The notes: generated from the sequence alone by a model not told the origin. A DNA stretch of 63,234 nt, filler included, from Octopus bimaculoides (GCF_001194135.2; 5 parts of 4 records of this genome joined end to end with filler, not necessarily neighbours in it), one strand, 5' to 3'; shown: positions 40,311 through 54,184, numbered from the whole stretch's first letter. Made by a program: numbers and translations.

Positions 40311-40420
40311 TACAATCATGACGATAGTCGCTGTCTTCCTCTTTCTCCTACACCTCCTCCTACTCCTCCTCCTCCTCCTCCTCCTCCTCCACATTATCGC
40401 AACAAGCGATAACAACTCCA
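39560..40420. repeat. Compound trinucleotide microsatellite (CTG/CTA/ATA/GAT, then CAT/CTT/CGT/CCT)
   Basis: Direct observation. It generates homopolymer ORFs in several frames. Confidence 0.95.
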
Positions 40421-42374
40421 TTAATTTGTAAGTAAAAGAATGGAAATTTGGCAAGACATTGTGCTGTAAATTACACACACACACGCACACACGCACACAC
40501 ACACGCACACACACACAACACGCACGCACGCACGCACGCACACACAAACACACACGCACCCAACCAAAACAAAAATGGTTACACACGCATACACTCAGAT
40601 ATACAGACAAACTGACACGCTTACATACACACACGCCATTTTTTTTTCTTTCCGTGTCTCAAACAAATATGTGGATAATATGCACATACACATACATAAA
40701 CTTAGGAACAAGTACACACTCTTACAAACTCATACCGTCACACACACACAGATATCTGCATATATTTACACACATTTACATAATATGCATATGCGTGTAT
40801 ATATATATATATATATAGTTAGATGTACATATGTATTCATCTATCTATGCATANNNNNNNNNNNNNNNNNNNNNNNNNNNNNNNNNNNNNNNNNNNNNNN
40901 NNNNNNNNNNNNNNNNNNNNNNNNNNNNNNNNNNNNNNNNNNNNNNNNNNNNNNNNNNNNNNNNNNNNNNNNNNNNNNNNNNNNNNNNNNNNNNNNNNNN
41001 NNNNNNNNNNNNNNNNNNNNNNNNNNNNNNNNNNNNNNNNNNNNNNNNNNNNNNNNNNNNNNNNNNNNNNNNNNNNNNNNNNNNNNNNNNNNNNNNNNNN
41101 NNNNNNNNNNNNNNNNNNNNNNNNNNNNNNNNNNNNNNNNNNNNNNNNNNNNNNNNNNNNNNNNNNNNNNNNNNNNNNNNNNNNNNNNNNNNNNNNNNNN
41201 NNNNNNNNNNNNNNNNNNNNNNNNNNNNNNNNNNNNNNNNNNNNNNNNNNNNNNNNNNNNNNNNNNNNNNNNNNNNNNNNNNNNNNNNNNNNNNNNNNNN
41301 NNNNNNNNNNNNNNNNNNNNNNNNNNNNNNNNNNNNNNNNNNNNNNNNNNNNNNNNNNNNNNNNNNNNNNNNNNNNNNNNNNNNNNNNNNNNNNNNNNNN
41401 NNNNNNNNNNNNNNNNNNNNNNNNNNNNNNNNNNNNNNNNNNNNNNNNNNNNNNNNNNNNNNNNNNNNNNNNNNNNNNNNNNNNNNNNNNNNNNNNNNNN
41501 NNNNNNNNNNNNNNNNNNNNNNNNNNNNNNNNNNNNNNNNNNNNNNNNNNNNNNNNNNNNNNNNNNNNNNNNNNNNNNNNNNNNNNNNNNNNNNNNNNNN
41601 NNNNNNNNNNNNNNNNNNNNNNNNNNNNNNNNNNNNNNNNNNNNNNNNNNNNNNNNNNNNNNNNNNNNNNNNNNNNNNNNNNNNNNNNNNNNNNNNNNNN
41701 NNNNNNNNNNNNNNNNNNTATATATATATATATATATATTGTATATTATATATTATATATATACATCTTTATGTATTCTTGACAGCGGTTGAGAGCGGTG
41801 TTATGTATTTGGAAATATATCAAACCAAATTTTTAGATCGTTTTCGATCAAGCTATGTAATCTAGATGTGGTTTTCGTTTCGTTTCCTCTCACACACACA
41901 CACACACATACATGCATACACGCACACACAGACACAGACTCTCACACTAACACACACATATTCTCCCTCTGAAACACATGCATGCGTACTTAGCCGTATA
42001 TATTTGCATTTAGAGAGAAAAAACATTTCATTGTGGGCCTTGATTATTCTAATGCTTAATATAAATGTGTATGCAACCGTGTATATATGTATGTATGTAT
42101 GTATATATATATATATATGGGTGTGTGTGTGTACATGTGTATGTGTATGTATGTATTTATGTATGTATGTGTGCGTGTATCTATGAGTGTATTTATGTAT
42201 GTATGTGTGTGCATGTGTGTGTCTGTATGTGTTTGTATATATGTATATATTTATGTATGTAAATATATATGCGTGTATGTATGCATGTAATGTACTTATG
42301 TATGTATGTATTTATGTATGTATATATGTGTATGTATGTGTGTGTATGTATGTAGGTTTGCATGTATGCATGTA

Positions 42375-42431
<57 letters not shown>

Positions 42432-42543
42432 TTGCACACATATATACATACATACATCCACACATACATATACATATATTTATACATACGTATATACGAT
42501 TAAAAAAAACTATTTTTTATTATGCATGCTCTTTTTCTATCTT

Positions 42544-42598
<55 letters not shown>

Positions 42599-42759
42599 GT
42601 CTATCTGTCTAGTTACATATCTATCTATCTACCTTTGGCAGAGTACGAAAATGATTCAGGTACATTCAAATATGTTTCAATCTACCTCTACCCTTATATA
42701 TGGCTCTTTCTATATTTTTTTTATTTCTTCTTCCTTTTTTTCCTATTCATACCAATGAA

Positions 42760-43400
42760 GATGAAGCAATCTACGTAGGTAACCCATAATATTAAATAAA
42801 TGCCTAGTTTCTGTTCAGTTACTGAGTACTGAGGAGGCATACAGACACCGAAACATGTGTGTCCATAGATAATCTAATCATGATTATAAATCCCTTGACA
42901 TTACTGTTTCGGGCTCTAATGCTCTCAGGGACGCTTAGGCAGTTCTCATGCCGTAAAAGTAACCGCTTGTACAATATTTCCCCCTAAACGGAGTTACTCA
43001 TTTGCAGGGCTACACATTTACAGCTACACAATGACCCTGGGTTACTCGTTCGCGGTAGAGTTGACTGAAGTGAAACGAACTGTTTTGATCAAGAACACAA
43101 CGCACCGCCCAGTCCGGGAATGGAGACAACATGGTGATGATGATGATGATGATGATGATGACGACGATAATGATGCTGATGATGAGGGCGAAGATGATGA
43201 CGCTGATGATGAGGGCGAAGAGGATGACGCTGATGACGACGATGACGAAGATGACAATAATGATGATGAAGGCGATGATGATGATGATGATGACGATGAT
43301 GATGATGATGAAGATTATGATGATGATGATGGTGTTGATGATAGTGATGATCCCGTTAAGCAACGCATCTTTACAGAGACCCAATAGAGAATATTCAATA
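42760..43400 (-). mobile_element. SINE-like element whose tRNA-like head is split by a (GAT)n expansion, with hammerhead-like cores in the tail
   Basis: The minus strand after the GAT tract reads ATTCCCGGACTGGGCGGTGCGTTGTGTTCTTGATCAAAACA, similar to the family D body at about 15170-15215. HHR-like cores lie at 42891-42934 (-) and 42824-42864 (+). Confidence 0.5.
43132..43345. repeat. Imperfect (GAT)n tract with duplicated GCTGATGATGAGGGCGAAG unit
   Basis: Direct observation. Confidence 0.95.
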
Positions 43401-43416
43401 TAAAATATATATTTTA

Positions 43417-43635
43417 AAGCGGTGAGCTGGCAGAACCGTTAGCACGCCGGACAAGATGTTTACCAACATTTCGTCTGCCTTTGCGTTCTGAGTTCAAATT
43501 CCACCCAGGTTGACTTTGTCTTTTATTCTTCCTGGCTCTATAAAAATAAACATCGGTTGAGCACTGGAGTCGATGTAATCAACTTTCCCCTCCCCCTAAA
43601 TTCTTGGCCTTCTGCCAATTTTTGGAATCAATATC
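43417..43635 (+). mobile_element. SINE family B, near full length
   Basis: A-box-like TGGCAGAACCGTTAG, B-box GAGTTCAAATTCC, body GTCGATGTAATCAACT and tail GGCCTTCTGCC. Confidence 0.88.
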
Positions 43636-43652
43636 AAAACTATGTAATACAT

Positions 43653-44050
43653 AGGCGCAGGCGTGGCTGTGTGTTAAGAGGTTTGCTTCCCAACCACATG
43701 GTTCTGGGTTCAGTCCCACTGTGTGGCATCTTGGGCCAGTGTCTTCTACTAAGGCCTCGGTCCAACCAAAGCCTTGTGAGCGGATTTGACAAACAGAAAC
43801 TGAAAGAAGACCGTCGTCTATTTATCTGTATGTATGTGTCTGTGTGACTGAGTTTTTTTCCCCACTATTGTTTGACAACAACTGTTGCGTTTACGTCCCC
43901 GTAAATTAGCGGTTCGGCAAAAAAGTCCGATAAAATAAATTCTAGGCTTAGAAAGAATATTTCCTGGGGTCGATTTCTCCGACGTAAGGCGGTGCTCCAG
44001 CTTGGCCACAGTCATACGACTGAAACAAATAGCATAGCAGAATAAAGGAA
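43653..44050 (+). mobile_element. Full-length SINE family A
   Basis: GGCGCAGGCGTGGCTGTGTG, B-box GGTTCAGTCCC, a short internal TA/TG segment at about 43818-43848, and the 3' half GGCGGTGCTCCAGC...GACTGAAACAA. Confidence 0.92.
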
Positions 44051-44129
44051 TACCGTATAACAACTGGAGTCGCTTGCTTATATCGATAAATGTTCTGAAA
44101 AAAATAACCACGAACGAGATAATTTCTAT

Positions 44130-44560
44130 ACGCGTTTTTTTCCTTACAGGGAAGATAGCAAAATCCTATGGGATGGCAATGATTCCGTGTGATCATCAGA
44201 TTAAACGTCGAAAATATGATACTGTTGCAGTGAAAAGAGAGTAAAAATAAAAAAAAGAAAACAAAAACTTGCCCGATAATTGATATATCATGTCCTGTTG
44301 CACGATGATTGAAGAGAACGAAGAAATAAAAGTGAACGACCATGATGAATTGAAGTGAAAGATACGCGGGCTGTGGGCAATGAAGAAAGTTGATGTGATA
44401 CCAGTAGTGCTCATTGCACTTGGAAGTATCAGGACCCACCTACAAACTTGGCTCAAAAGGATTGGAACGAATATAATGATAGAACACCTACACAAATCAT
44501 TATTACTTGGAACTTGGAAGAGTAAGACGCAGGGTTCTTGAAGCATGATCAATAAACGAG
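44130..44560 (+). mobile_element. R4/Dong-like LINE REL fragment (related to 28672-30700)
   Basis: IKRRKYDTVAVKRE, IIDISCPV, KIRGLWAMKKVDVIPVVLIALGSI and HKSLLLGT. Confidence 0.8.
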
Positions 44561-45676
44561 CGTCACCTTAGCTGCGGACGGCTGATACTTTTCGTTCATA
44601 CCCACTAAAATAGTACGTCTCTCTCAAAGGACTACAGCCTAAGTTCCTTTAGCTTCTCTCAGTGGCCCATCTGTTACGCCTACTCAATCGTTATGTGTAG
44701 GGGGTTTGGTTGGCATCGAGTTTAAGTCTTTGTGACGACCTACCGCTTCGTCTGATGTAAAAAAAATCAGAAAGGGAGGCATTAATTCATAAATGGTTTC
44801 AAAATTTGGAACAAGGCCGCCAATGAACATAAAACCGAACATTAATACATACANNNNNNNNNNATATATATAAGTACATATGCACATATTTATATATTAC
44901 ATGGATGTAAGATATATAGATATCGGAGTATATACAGACGCTATTATATACGTACTGAGTAATAATGGGCGGAAGCGTATGCGCTCGTGTATGTGTATGT
45001 AGGAATGTATTTGTGTGTGTGTTGCGCGTGTATGAACGAACTTTTCAACAATCGGCATATGTTTGCATAAGAGACTGATTAAGCATTTGTGACAGTCTTT
45101 CCTTTCGTAATACTATATATATGTGTGTACGTGTGTGTGTATGTGTGTGTGTGTGTGTGTGTTGTCGTTGTTGTGTATAAATTACATATTTTAGTAGTTG
45201 TGTCTGAATGTTAAAGAAAAGAATGTAAAAAAAAAAATTCATTTTTGTGATAATATTTTACAATTCCATATATTACAAAGTAAAATTACAGACACTTTCT
45301 CATAAATCATTCATACATATGCATGAATATATGGCCATATATTTACAANNNNNNNNNNNNNNNNNNNNNNNNNNNNNNNNNNNNNNNNNNNNNNNNNNNN
45401 NNNNNNNNNNNNNNNNNNNNNNNNNNNNNNNNNNNNNNNNNNNNNNNNNNNNNNNNNNNNNNNNNNNNNNNNNNNNNNNNNNNNNNNNNNNNNNNNNNNN
45501 NNNNNNNNNNNNNNNNNNNNNNNNNNNNNNNNNNNNNNNNNNNNNNNNNNNNNNNNNNNNNNNNNNNNNNNNNNNNNNNNNNNNNNNNNNNNNNNNNNNN
45601 NNNNNNNNNNNTAGACCTGCCTACATACATATTTGTATACATGTAGGTAAAGTATATATCTATGTATATTTGCATT

Positions 45677-45716
<40 letters not shown>

Positions 45717-45783
45717 CATATATATATATACATATATATACATATATATATATATATGCATATATACACCTGTATACACACAT

Positions 45784-45828
<45 letters not shown>

Positions 45829-46763
45829 CATATATGTACGTACATATAAATTCGTAGCCATGGTTAGACAGTGTCTTAAAATGTTCACTTCGACCTTTAA
45901 AAGTGTTTGACACAAAATATCGACATTACTTGTCTGTATATTGTCAGATGTTAAAGAAACCAATGTGAAACTACATCATGTTATCGCAGAAGACTCTATG
46001 TAATACAAGTGTTAATGAAAGCGACCTCTATATGGTCTCTCCGGATCTAAACAAAACAAAAACAAAAAAAATTAATAGTAGAGTCGATTTGTTCGACAAA
46101 CCCTATATGGCGTTGCTCCAGCACGTTTGTGTTCTAGTAACTGTAATAAGTAAACTAGTAAAAGATTAACCAAGCTAGTATATCATCACGAATATAACTC
46201 AAAATGAAACCGGTAGAAAAACTATCAGAATTTAAACGGGTGAATTTAGTCGACAGACCTTAAAAGTCGGTGCTCCACCTTGGCGTAGTGCATTGATAAT
46301 ACAAGTCCCTATGATGAAAGTTCACCTCGGATCAACCAAAAACAAACAAAAATAAACCCGTCTTCCCCAACATACTCTCAGACACAAACCCGTATATACA
46401 TACAAAAATATTAATATTGTACAGGAAAAGATGGCCGAAATTAAACATAGCGCTTTTCCCAAATTTGTAGAATAACAAGATTCATTTTCGCTTATTATTC
46501 GCCTAAAAAGGATTCCTGAGAATGGATATCAACCGATAAAACAATCGATTAGTTATATGAATCAGATGATATTTATATCGTATACAATAAAACTGATTGC
46601 TTTCTTAATTTGCTGACGTCATTTAATCATTTTCCGACATTATTAGCGGTGATCTAATAAGAAGTATATTTCGTAGTTAATCTAAATTCTATAAAATCAT
46701 ATAGCAGAGCGTCTGTTTGTTTGGTAATGAATATGGGGGGGGGGGGCTCAGAAAATTATATAC

Positions 46764-46795
<32 letters not shown>

Positions 46796-47031
46796 NNNNN
46801 NNNNNNNNNNNNNNNNNNNNNNNNNNNNNNNNNNNNNNNNNNNNNNNNNNNNNNNNNNNNNNNNNNNNNNNNNNNNNNNNNNNNNNNNNNNNNNNNNNNN
46901 NNNNNNNNNNNNNNNNNNNNNNNNNNNNNNNNNNNNNNNNNNNNNNTATATATATGTGTGTGTGTGTGCGTGTGTGCGTGTGTGTGTGTGTGTGTATGTA
47001 TATATGTGTGTGTATGTATATAAATGTCTGC

Positions 47032-47103
<72 letters not shown>

Positions 47104-47570
47104 GTCTGTAAGAATAAATGTATACATTACATATATTACTGACATCATAAGAACTTATAAACTTATGCGAGAACGGAAATGTCAGAACGTCTGTTATGCA
47201 AGAGATGTGGTTTCAAATCCCATTTGCAGCCTTCGACATTTTCTATCCAAAGAGATTTTTTCACCCTATTGGGTTTTTTATAGCTTTATTTGCTTCGAGA
47301 TGTGTATATATATATGCATATAAGCATATACATTCATATATACACACACACATATATATTTATATATCTATGTGTGTGTGTATATATTCTTGTGTTTATA
47401 ATCTTTTGTGTAAAAATACTCCGGATTTTGATGGATTTTCGGATATATCTTTAGTAATACGATTAATTTTCGCTTTAATATCGTGTCCAATAGCCGATAT
47501 CCGTGGATTAGCTTTATAAAGCCAAGTACAAGATTCACACCCAAGTTTAATCCACACACACGTGTATATG

Positions 47571-47637
<67 letters not shown>

Positions 47638-47734
47638 GGAGAGAAAAAGAGAGATTGAGAAAGGGATGGATAGAGATAGAAAGAGAGAAATTATGTACGT
47701 TCATTTGACTAATGGTTTAAAAGCTTTGCAAACT

Positions 47735-47915
47735 GTTTTGCATTTGACTGCGGCCATGCTGGAGCACCGCCTTTAGTCGAACACATCGACCCTAGGACTT
47801 ATACTTTGTAAATCTAGTACGTATTCTATCTGTGACTTTTGCCGAACCGCTACGTTACGGGGACACAAACACACCAACATGGGTTGTCAAGCGATGGTGT
47901 GGGGGAAAATAGACA
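47735..47915 (-). mobile_element. SINE family A 3' half
   Basis: CATTTGACTGCGGCCATGCTGGAGCACCGCCTTTAGTCGAAC is nearly identical to 7103-7150, and the copy abuts a microsatellite and gap. Confidence 0.9.
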
Positions 47916-48956
47916 CACACACACACATATATATGTACACATATATATGTACATATATATGTACACATATATATGTACATATATATNNNNNNNNNNNNNN
48001 NNNNNNNNNNNNNNNNNNNNNNNNNNNNNNNNNNNNNNNNNNNNNNNNNNNNNNNNNNNNNNNNNNNNNNNNNNNNNNNNNNNNNNNNNNNNNNNNNNNN
48101 NNNNNNNNNNNNNNNNNNNNNNNNNNNNNNNNNNNNNNNNNNNNNNNNNNNNNNNNNNNNNNNNNNNNNNNNNNNNNNNNNNNNNNNNNNNNNNNNNNNN
48201 NNNNNNNNNNNNNNNNNNNNNNNNNNNNNNNNNNNNNNNNNNNNNNNNNNNNNNNNNNNNNNNNNNNNNATATATGTGAGTAAAAATAAATACAAAAAAA
48301 AGGGTTTTGTATGATCGTGTATAGAGGAATATATTATTTTATTTAAAAGAGTTCCAACTCTGTTTTTGATGTTTTTTATTTATATTCTTGTAAAATTTAT
48401 GTGGGCTATAGAATATGGAATATATAATATATAATATAAAAAAAGATGGATGGTACAATGAATTGAAGTATTGAATGTCTTATTGAATATATGAAATATT
48501 GAGTGTTCAATATAAAGGATTAAATATATAAAGGCGAATACGTATTTTCTATACCTTGTGGTATTTCATCATGGCCGGTATAACAGACTGTAACAGACTG
48601 TATATGTACATACACGCATATATATCACATAATATATATATGTAACTCACAGATAGACCTAGACACGCACACACTCATACATATATATGCCCGGCTGTCC
48701 GCCCACACACAAACTCATAAATACACAACCAAAATACACACCATTGCATCAACTCTCTAACTTCATAGTACTAATAAAATTAGTCGTACAACCAGACAAT
48801 CAATTTACACTTGATCTATTATAAAGGCTAACGGCGGAGAATGTTTCCTTAATTAGCTATCATTAGCCAGACATTCCAGACCTCATTCTGATTTTTCTCA
48901 CTTTATTTTCATTGTTGTAAGGGACTGTTTATTTTTGTTTAATTATCTGGTTTCTG

Positions 48957-49008
<52 letters not shown>

Positions 49009-49138
49009 TATTTTTTGCTGAGAAGAAATTGTTTTTTATTATCCTCAGAGCAAATTGTTGTTTTCCCCCCTTTCAATCGAATGTTTGTCATTACTCTTAT
49101 TGCTTTCTTTTCTTATTTTTTTAGTTGTTTTTTTTCTT

Positions 49139-49169
<31 letters not shown>

Positions 49170-49302
49170 GTGTGTGTTTCTTTGAGTCTGTGTGTTTGCA
49201 CGTGTGTCAGTTTGTTTGCATGTTGGTATTTGTGTGTACTCTATTCATGTTTGCGTGTGTTTCTCTCTGTGTGTGCATGCCTTCGCGTGAGTCTGTGTTC
49301 GA

Positions 49303-49358
<56 letters not shown>

Positions 49359-49605
49359 ATGTATATATAAATGTTTGTGCATATATATCAGTGTTAGTGT
49401 AATATGATAAGAGTATAGACAGGCAGACAACTGGTATCTTGTCAGTATCAACTAGTATCTTGTATATTTACATATTTATACAATAAGAATGTTGCTATCT
49501 GAGTACTCTAAATGTATGTATGTATTGTCATACGTCATCAGACTTATCATTAAAAAATATGTGTATATATATGTACATATATATATATATGTACATATCT
49601 ACCTA

Positions 49606-49667
<62 letters not shown>

Positions 49668-49668
49668 G

Positions 49669-49836
49669 ATGACAGGTTTCTTTCAGTTTCTGTCTCTCAA
49701 ATCCACTCACAAGGCTTTGGTCGGTACGAGGCTATATAACAGAAGATACTTATTCAAGGTGCCACACGCTGTGAGACAGAATCCGGAACCATGTGGTTGC
49801 GAAGCAAATTTCTTACCACACAACTACGCTTGCGGC
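49669..49836 (-). mobile_element. SINE family A 5' half
   Basis: TTTCAGTTTCTGTCTCTCAAATCCACTCACAAGGCTTTGGTCGG...GGAACCATGTGGTT...CTTACCACAC. Confidence 0.85.
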
Positions 49837-50476
49837 TTCATATTATCAAATTAAATTAAATACAACGCTACAATAGAATGAAATGTATAGAACAATATTG
49901 AGAAAATGACGACTAGAAATTGGTCAGGGACACGAGATAATAGAATATGTGCGTATTTATTACATCTTATGTATTTACAGTAACATATGTAGCGGATTCA
50001 TTGCAATATAAGCAGTTGCTGTATATAATTCTGGTAGCCGTGATATATAATTCGTATGTAGATGTCACTTCATCGACATAGTGGTTGGCTTTAATAAGTA
50101 TTGTCGAAGATATATGTCTATCTTGAATCATTTGTTTTCGTTATTTTATCTTATTCGTTCGTGTTTCATTCGTTGGTCAGCGGCAGTGTTGTGGCACCGC
50201 TTTGAACGATTATTTTGATTGAAGAAATCTAACACAGTACTTTAAAAACCAAACAAAAACCAAAAACAAAAAGAAAACCCAAACCCTCCAGAATTTCTGG
50301 TACGTATACTATTGGTTTCTTTTGGTGAACCCCTAATTTATGGGAGTGCAAACAAGCCAACGCCAAACGCATGCATACGGTGGAAGAGGGTCACCACTAA
50401 GACAGACACACACATACGCTCCCGCACACACATAGGCACACACACATGCACACACATATATTGCATGTATGCATGT

Positions 50477-50511
<35 letters not shown>

Positions 50512-50534
50512 AACTCACACACATATATATATAA

Positions 50535-50860
50535 TGGCTAAAGGGTTAGGGTGAAGTGGGGAGTCGTGAGTTGAGACTGAGTCTCAAAGTCATGGTTGCC
50601 ACTGCAGCGCTTGCGCAGACGGAGGAATTGGGAGATGGAGGAACTGGGATGGAGAGCTTGGTATGGCAGGAGCTGAAGTTGAGGTATGAGTGTGAGTCGG
50701 TGTGTTTGTAGTGGAGGGAGGTAGTGAGAGCGGAGTTGCGTATGTTGACCAGAATGTCGAGAAAGGCGGCGCAAGTGTTGGAAATAGTGCAGGAGAATTC
50801 GAGGGCAGGACGGAAGGATTGAACAAAAGTGAGCAAGAGGTCTAGTTGTTCGCAGGAGAT
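50535..50860 (-). mobile_element. Penelope-like retroelement RT C-terminal/thumb fragment
   Basis: LTFVQSFRPALEFSCTISNTCAAFLDILV...TSLHYKHTDSHSYLNFSSCH, then SQFLRLRKRCSGNHDFETQ. These match the PFLD, YRKPT.S..YL and SQFLR.RRIC motifs of PLEs. Confidence 0.88.
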
Positions 50861-51233
50861 TATATATATATATATNNNNNNNNNNNNNNNNNNNNNNNNN
50901 NNNNNNNNNNNNNNNNNNNNNNNNNNNNNNNNNNNNNNNNNNNNNNNNNNNNNNNNNNNNNNNNNNNNNNNNNNNNNNNNNNNNNNNNNNNNNNNNNNNN
51001 NNNNNNNNNNNNNNNNNNNNNNNNNNNNNNNNNNNNNNNNNNNNNNNNNNNNNNNNNNNNNNNNNNNNNNNNNNNNNNNNNNNNNNNNNNNNNNNNNNNN
51101 NNNNNNNNNNNNNNNNNNNNNNNNNNNNNNNNNNNNNNNNNNNNNNNNNNNNNNNNNNNNNNNNNNNNNNNNNNNNNNNNNNNNNNNNNNNNNNNNNNNN
51201 NNNNNNNNNNNNNNNNNNNNNNNNNNNNNNNNN

Positions 51234-51279
<46 letters not shown>

Positions 51280-51366
51280 TGTGTGTGTATGTATATATAT
51301 ATGTGTATATGTAATTGAAAAAATTTGGAGTTAACAAGGAGTACGGTTGGACATTTACTTTTTAAT

Positions 51367-51404
51367 CACTACAATTGTTTCCGCGCAACGTAGTTCGTCA
51401 GGCG
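51367..51404 (-). ncRNA. Hammerhead ribozyme-like motif with intact catalytic core
   Basis: The minus strand reads CGC CTGACGA ACTACGTTGCGCG GAA ACAATTGT A GTG. CUGACGA and GAAA are intact, stem III is the palindrome ACAATTGT with a GUA site, stem I is 3 bp and stem II is weak. Confidence 0.5.
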
Positions 51405-51674
51405 TGCAGGTACTTGGTTGTGGAACTGTTTCCCTGCATTATGAAATCTAGATGTGTTTCCTCAGGTGATATGTAAATATTGTCTCCGTAAGTTCACATT
51501 CCCTGCTTCAAGAACATCCTGTCTGTCTGTCGTGGCCTGAATTTAGTAGTAGTCAATGAGTTTATTACGGTGTGTCGTTACTGAAGGACCGTTGGCAAAC
51601 TACTTTTATATGTGTGTGTATGTGAGTGTGTATGTGAGTGTGTATGTGTGTGTGTGTGTGTGTGTGCAGCGGTA

Positions 51675-51845
51675 TTTTTTCGGTTTTATGTTCGGAGTTC
51701 ATATTCCGCCGAGTTCGAATTTGTTTTCATCCTCTCGGGGTCGATAAAATAATTACCAGTGAAACACTGGGGTCGATGTTATCGCCTCCCCCTCCCCCTC
51801 TGCCTAAATTTCAAGCCTTGTGCCCTTAATAGAAAGAATTATTTC
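51675..51845 (+). mobile_element. SINE family B (5'-degenerate)
   Basis: GGAGTTCATATTCCGCCGAG...TTTCATCCTCTCGGGGTCGATAAAATAATTACCAG...GCCTTGTGCC. Confidence 0.85.
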
Positions 51846-51941
51846 TGTAGACGTTTTCTTGTCAACATAGTTGTTCCGTTGTTATGTCGGAATATTTGTG
51901 TATGTATTTGCATGAGTGTGTGTGTATGTGTGTTGTGTGAA

Positions 51942-51975
<34 letters not shown>

Positions 51976-52356
51976 GTGTTTTGTTTGCCAGCCTATGTTT
52001 TCTCTACAATAATCACAACAATTATCATTACGAAAAAATCTGTTACGTCGTTCTCTCCCCACCCCACCTTAAACCTCCACCCATACAAACATCGCCAACC
52101 TTATGCTCATTACCACCACCATCAACGTCACCGCCGCCACCACCACCACCACCACCACCAACAACAACAACAACGCCACCGCTACCATCACATTGCAAAC
52201 ACCACCATCATGGACACATCCCTCACCATTCACTGCTCTAAGCGCAAAACATTGAATTCATAAATGTTATTGATATAATTATATAAATGTATAAATTCAC
52301 AGATACATACACAAATACACACATACACACATACATACATATATACACACATACAC

Positions 52357-52389
<33 letters not shown>

Positions 52390-52522
52390 CACACATACAC
52401 ACATACATACATGCATTTATACAAACATATACACATACAAACACTCTCTCCCTCATATGTAAGTAGATAAATAAACAAACATATATATGTATATATATGT
52501 ATATATATATATTTATATATAT

Positions 52523-52555
<33 letters not shown>

Positions 52556-52832
52556 CGTATATATATACACACATATGCCTGTACACAAACAGACGCACAT
52601 ATGTATACATGTATAAATATTTGCATAAAAATATGTTTACATATATGTATGTATATATACACACATACATATACACATATATACACACATACATATGTGT
52701 GTATATATATATATATATATACACATACTTATACATACATACACACATATATATGATTGCATTCATATATGCATATATATATATACACACACACAAAAAA
52801 TACATATACTGAAGTATGTATGTAAACATATC

Positions 52833-52870
<38 letters not shown>

Positions 52871-53300
52871 TATGCATACATATAACGTTGTATATTATCT
52901 AATTAACATGGCTGCCTTTTTGTATACACCACTAGCATTCGGGCAAACACTACTTAATTGCTTGTTCCATGAACAATTTTATAACATCGAATAATTTTGT
53001 TTGTTTCACGATGATGGGCGGTGACTATTGGTTGGTTAGGTGCCTAGCTGCCTGGTTGGTTTGGTGGTTCGTATTTTCCAGGATAGGTGATGGAGTAAGA
53101 TGCTGGTAGATTGTGTTTTCTGATAGGGGAGTCATGTTGTATTTCTCTGATGTTTGTTGGAAAACGAGGCAAACATCGCTAAAAATATTTAAGATAATGA
53201 ATTCGCTGTCACGTGAAAGCTAAAAAAGAATACGCTTATATGTTCGTGTATATGTTTGTATATCTTTATTAAGTTACATATGTGTGTAAGTATCTATCTA

Positions 53301-53336
<36 letters not shown>

Positions 53337-53374
53337 TATGCACACACACACATATATATGTATGTATATATTTC

Positions 53375-53407
<33 letters not shown>

Positions 53408-53500
53408 ATCAAATATTAAGACACAGATACAAAGAGAAGCATGTATTCACTTATATATACATACTTGCACATTCATGCACATACGAACGTACATACAAAC

Positions 53501-53568
<68 letters not shown>

Positions 53569-54148
53569 TTATGTATATCTGTCTCTATGCGAGAGAAAAA
53601 TGATAATGAAACTGGATGAAGGATTAGATATATATATAGAAATAGAAAGAAGAGAAATAACTACAAAAATGGACAGATCGATACACATAGAGACAGAAAG
53701 AGGGAAAATGAGCAGGACTGTATTTCAAATACAAACACACGCACACATACACACATAGCGTGCAATCATTCACACACGCACACACATACAAACACACACA
53801 CACACACACACACGCATGTATGTACAGACACAAACATATGACGGATTCAAGCACTGTTCCTAAATATACGATATAGCCAGATGGAAATGGATGGACAGAT
53901 ATCAGTTTTTTTTTATACTTTAGCACGATTTCTGCTTAACTGTGAGACAAAATATCTGTGGATTAGGAAGGAAAGGATGATATGTATAATCCGTTTGGAT
54001 ATCCAGGCGCTAAATATATGCATATACACTCACACAAACACACACATGCTTACATATATATATATATGCACGCATACGCCAGTCTGACTACCTATTTATG
54101 TATCAATATATCTATCTATTAGCATACATACACACATATTCACACGTA

Positions 54149-54184
<36 letters not shown>

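Noticed and set aside
39514-40431. Poly-K, poly-H, poly-D/E and poly-L ORFs
   Set aside because: They are products of trinucleotide repeats, with no splice or domain evidence.
43031-43387. Acidic D/E-rich ORF resembling a nucleolin-type tract
   Set aside because: It is a (GAT)n tract embedded in SINE-like sequence.
53016-53031. GC box plus CCAAT box as a promoter
   Set aside because: These are short motifs with no associated gene or transcription start evidence.
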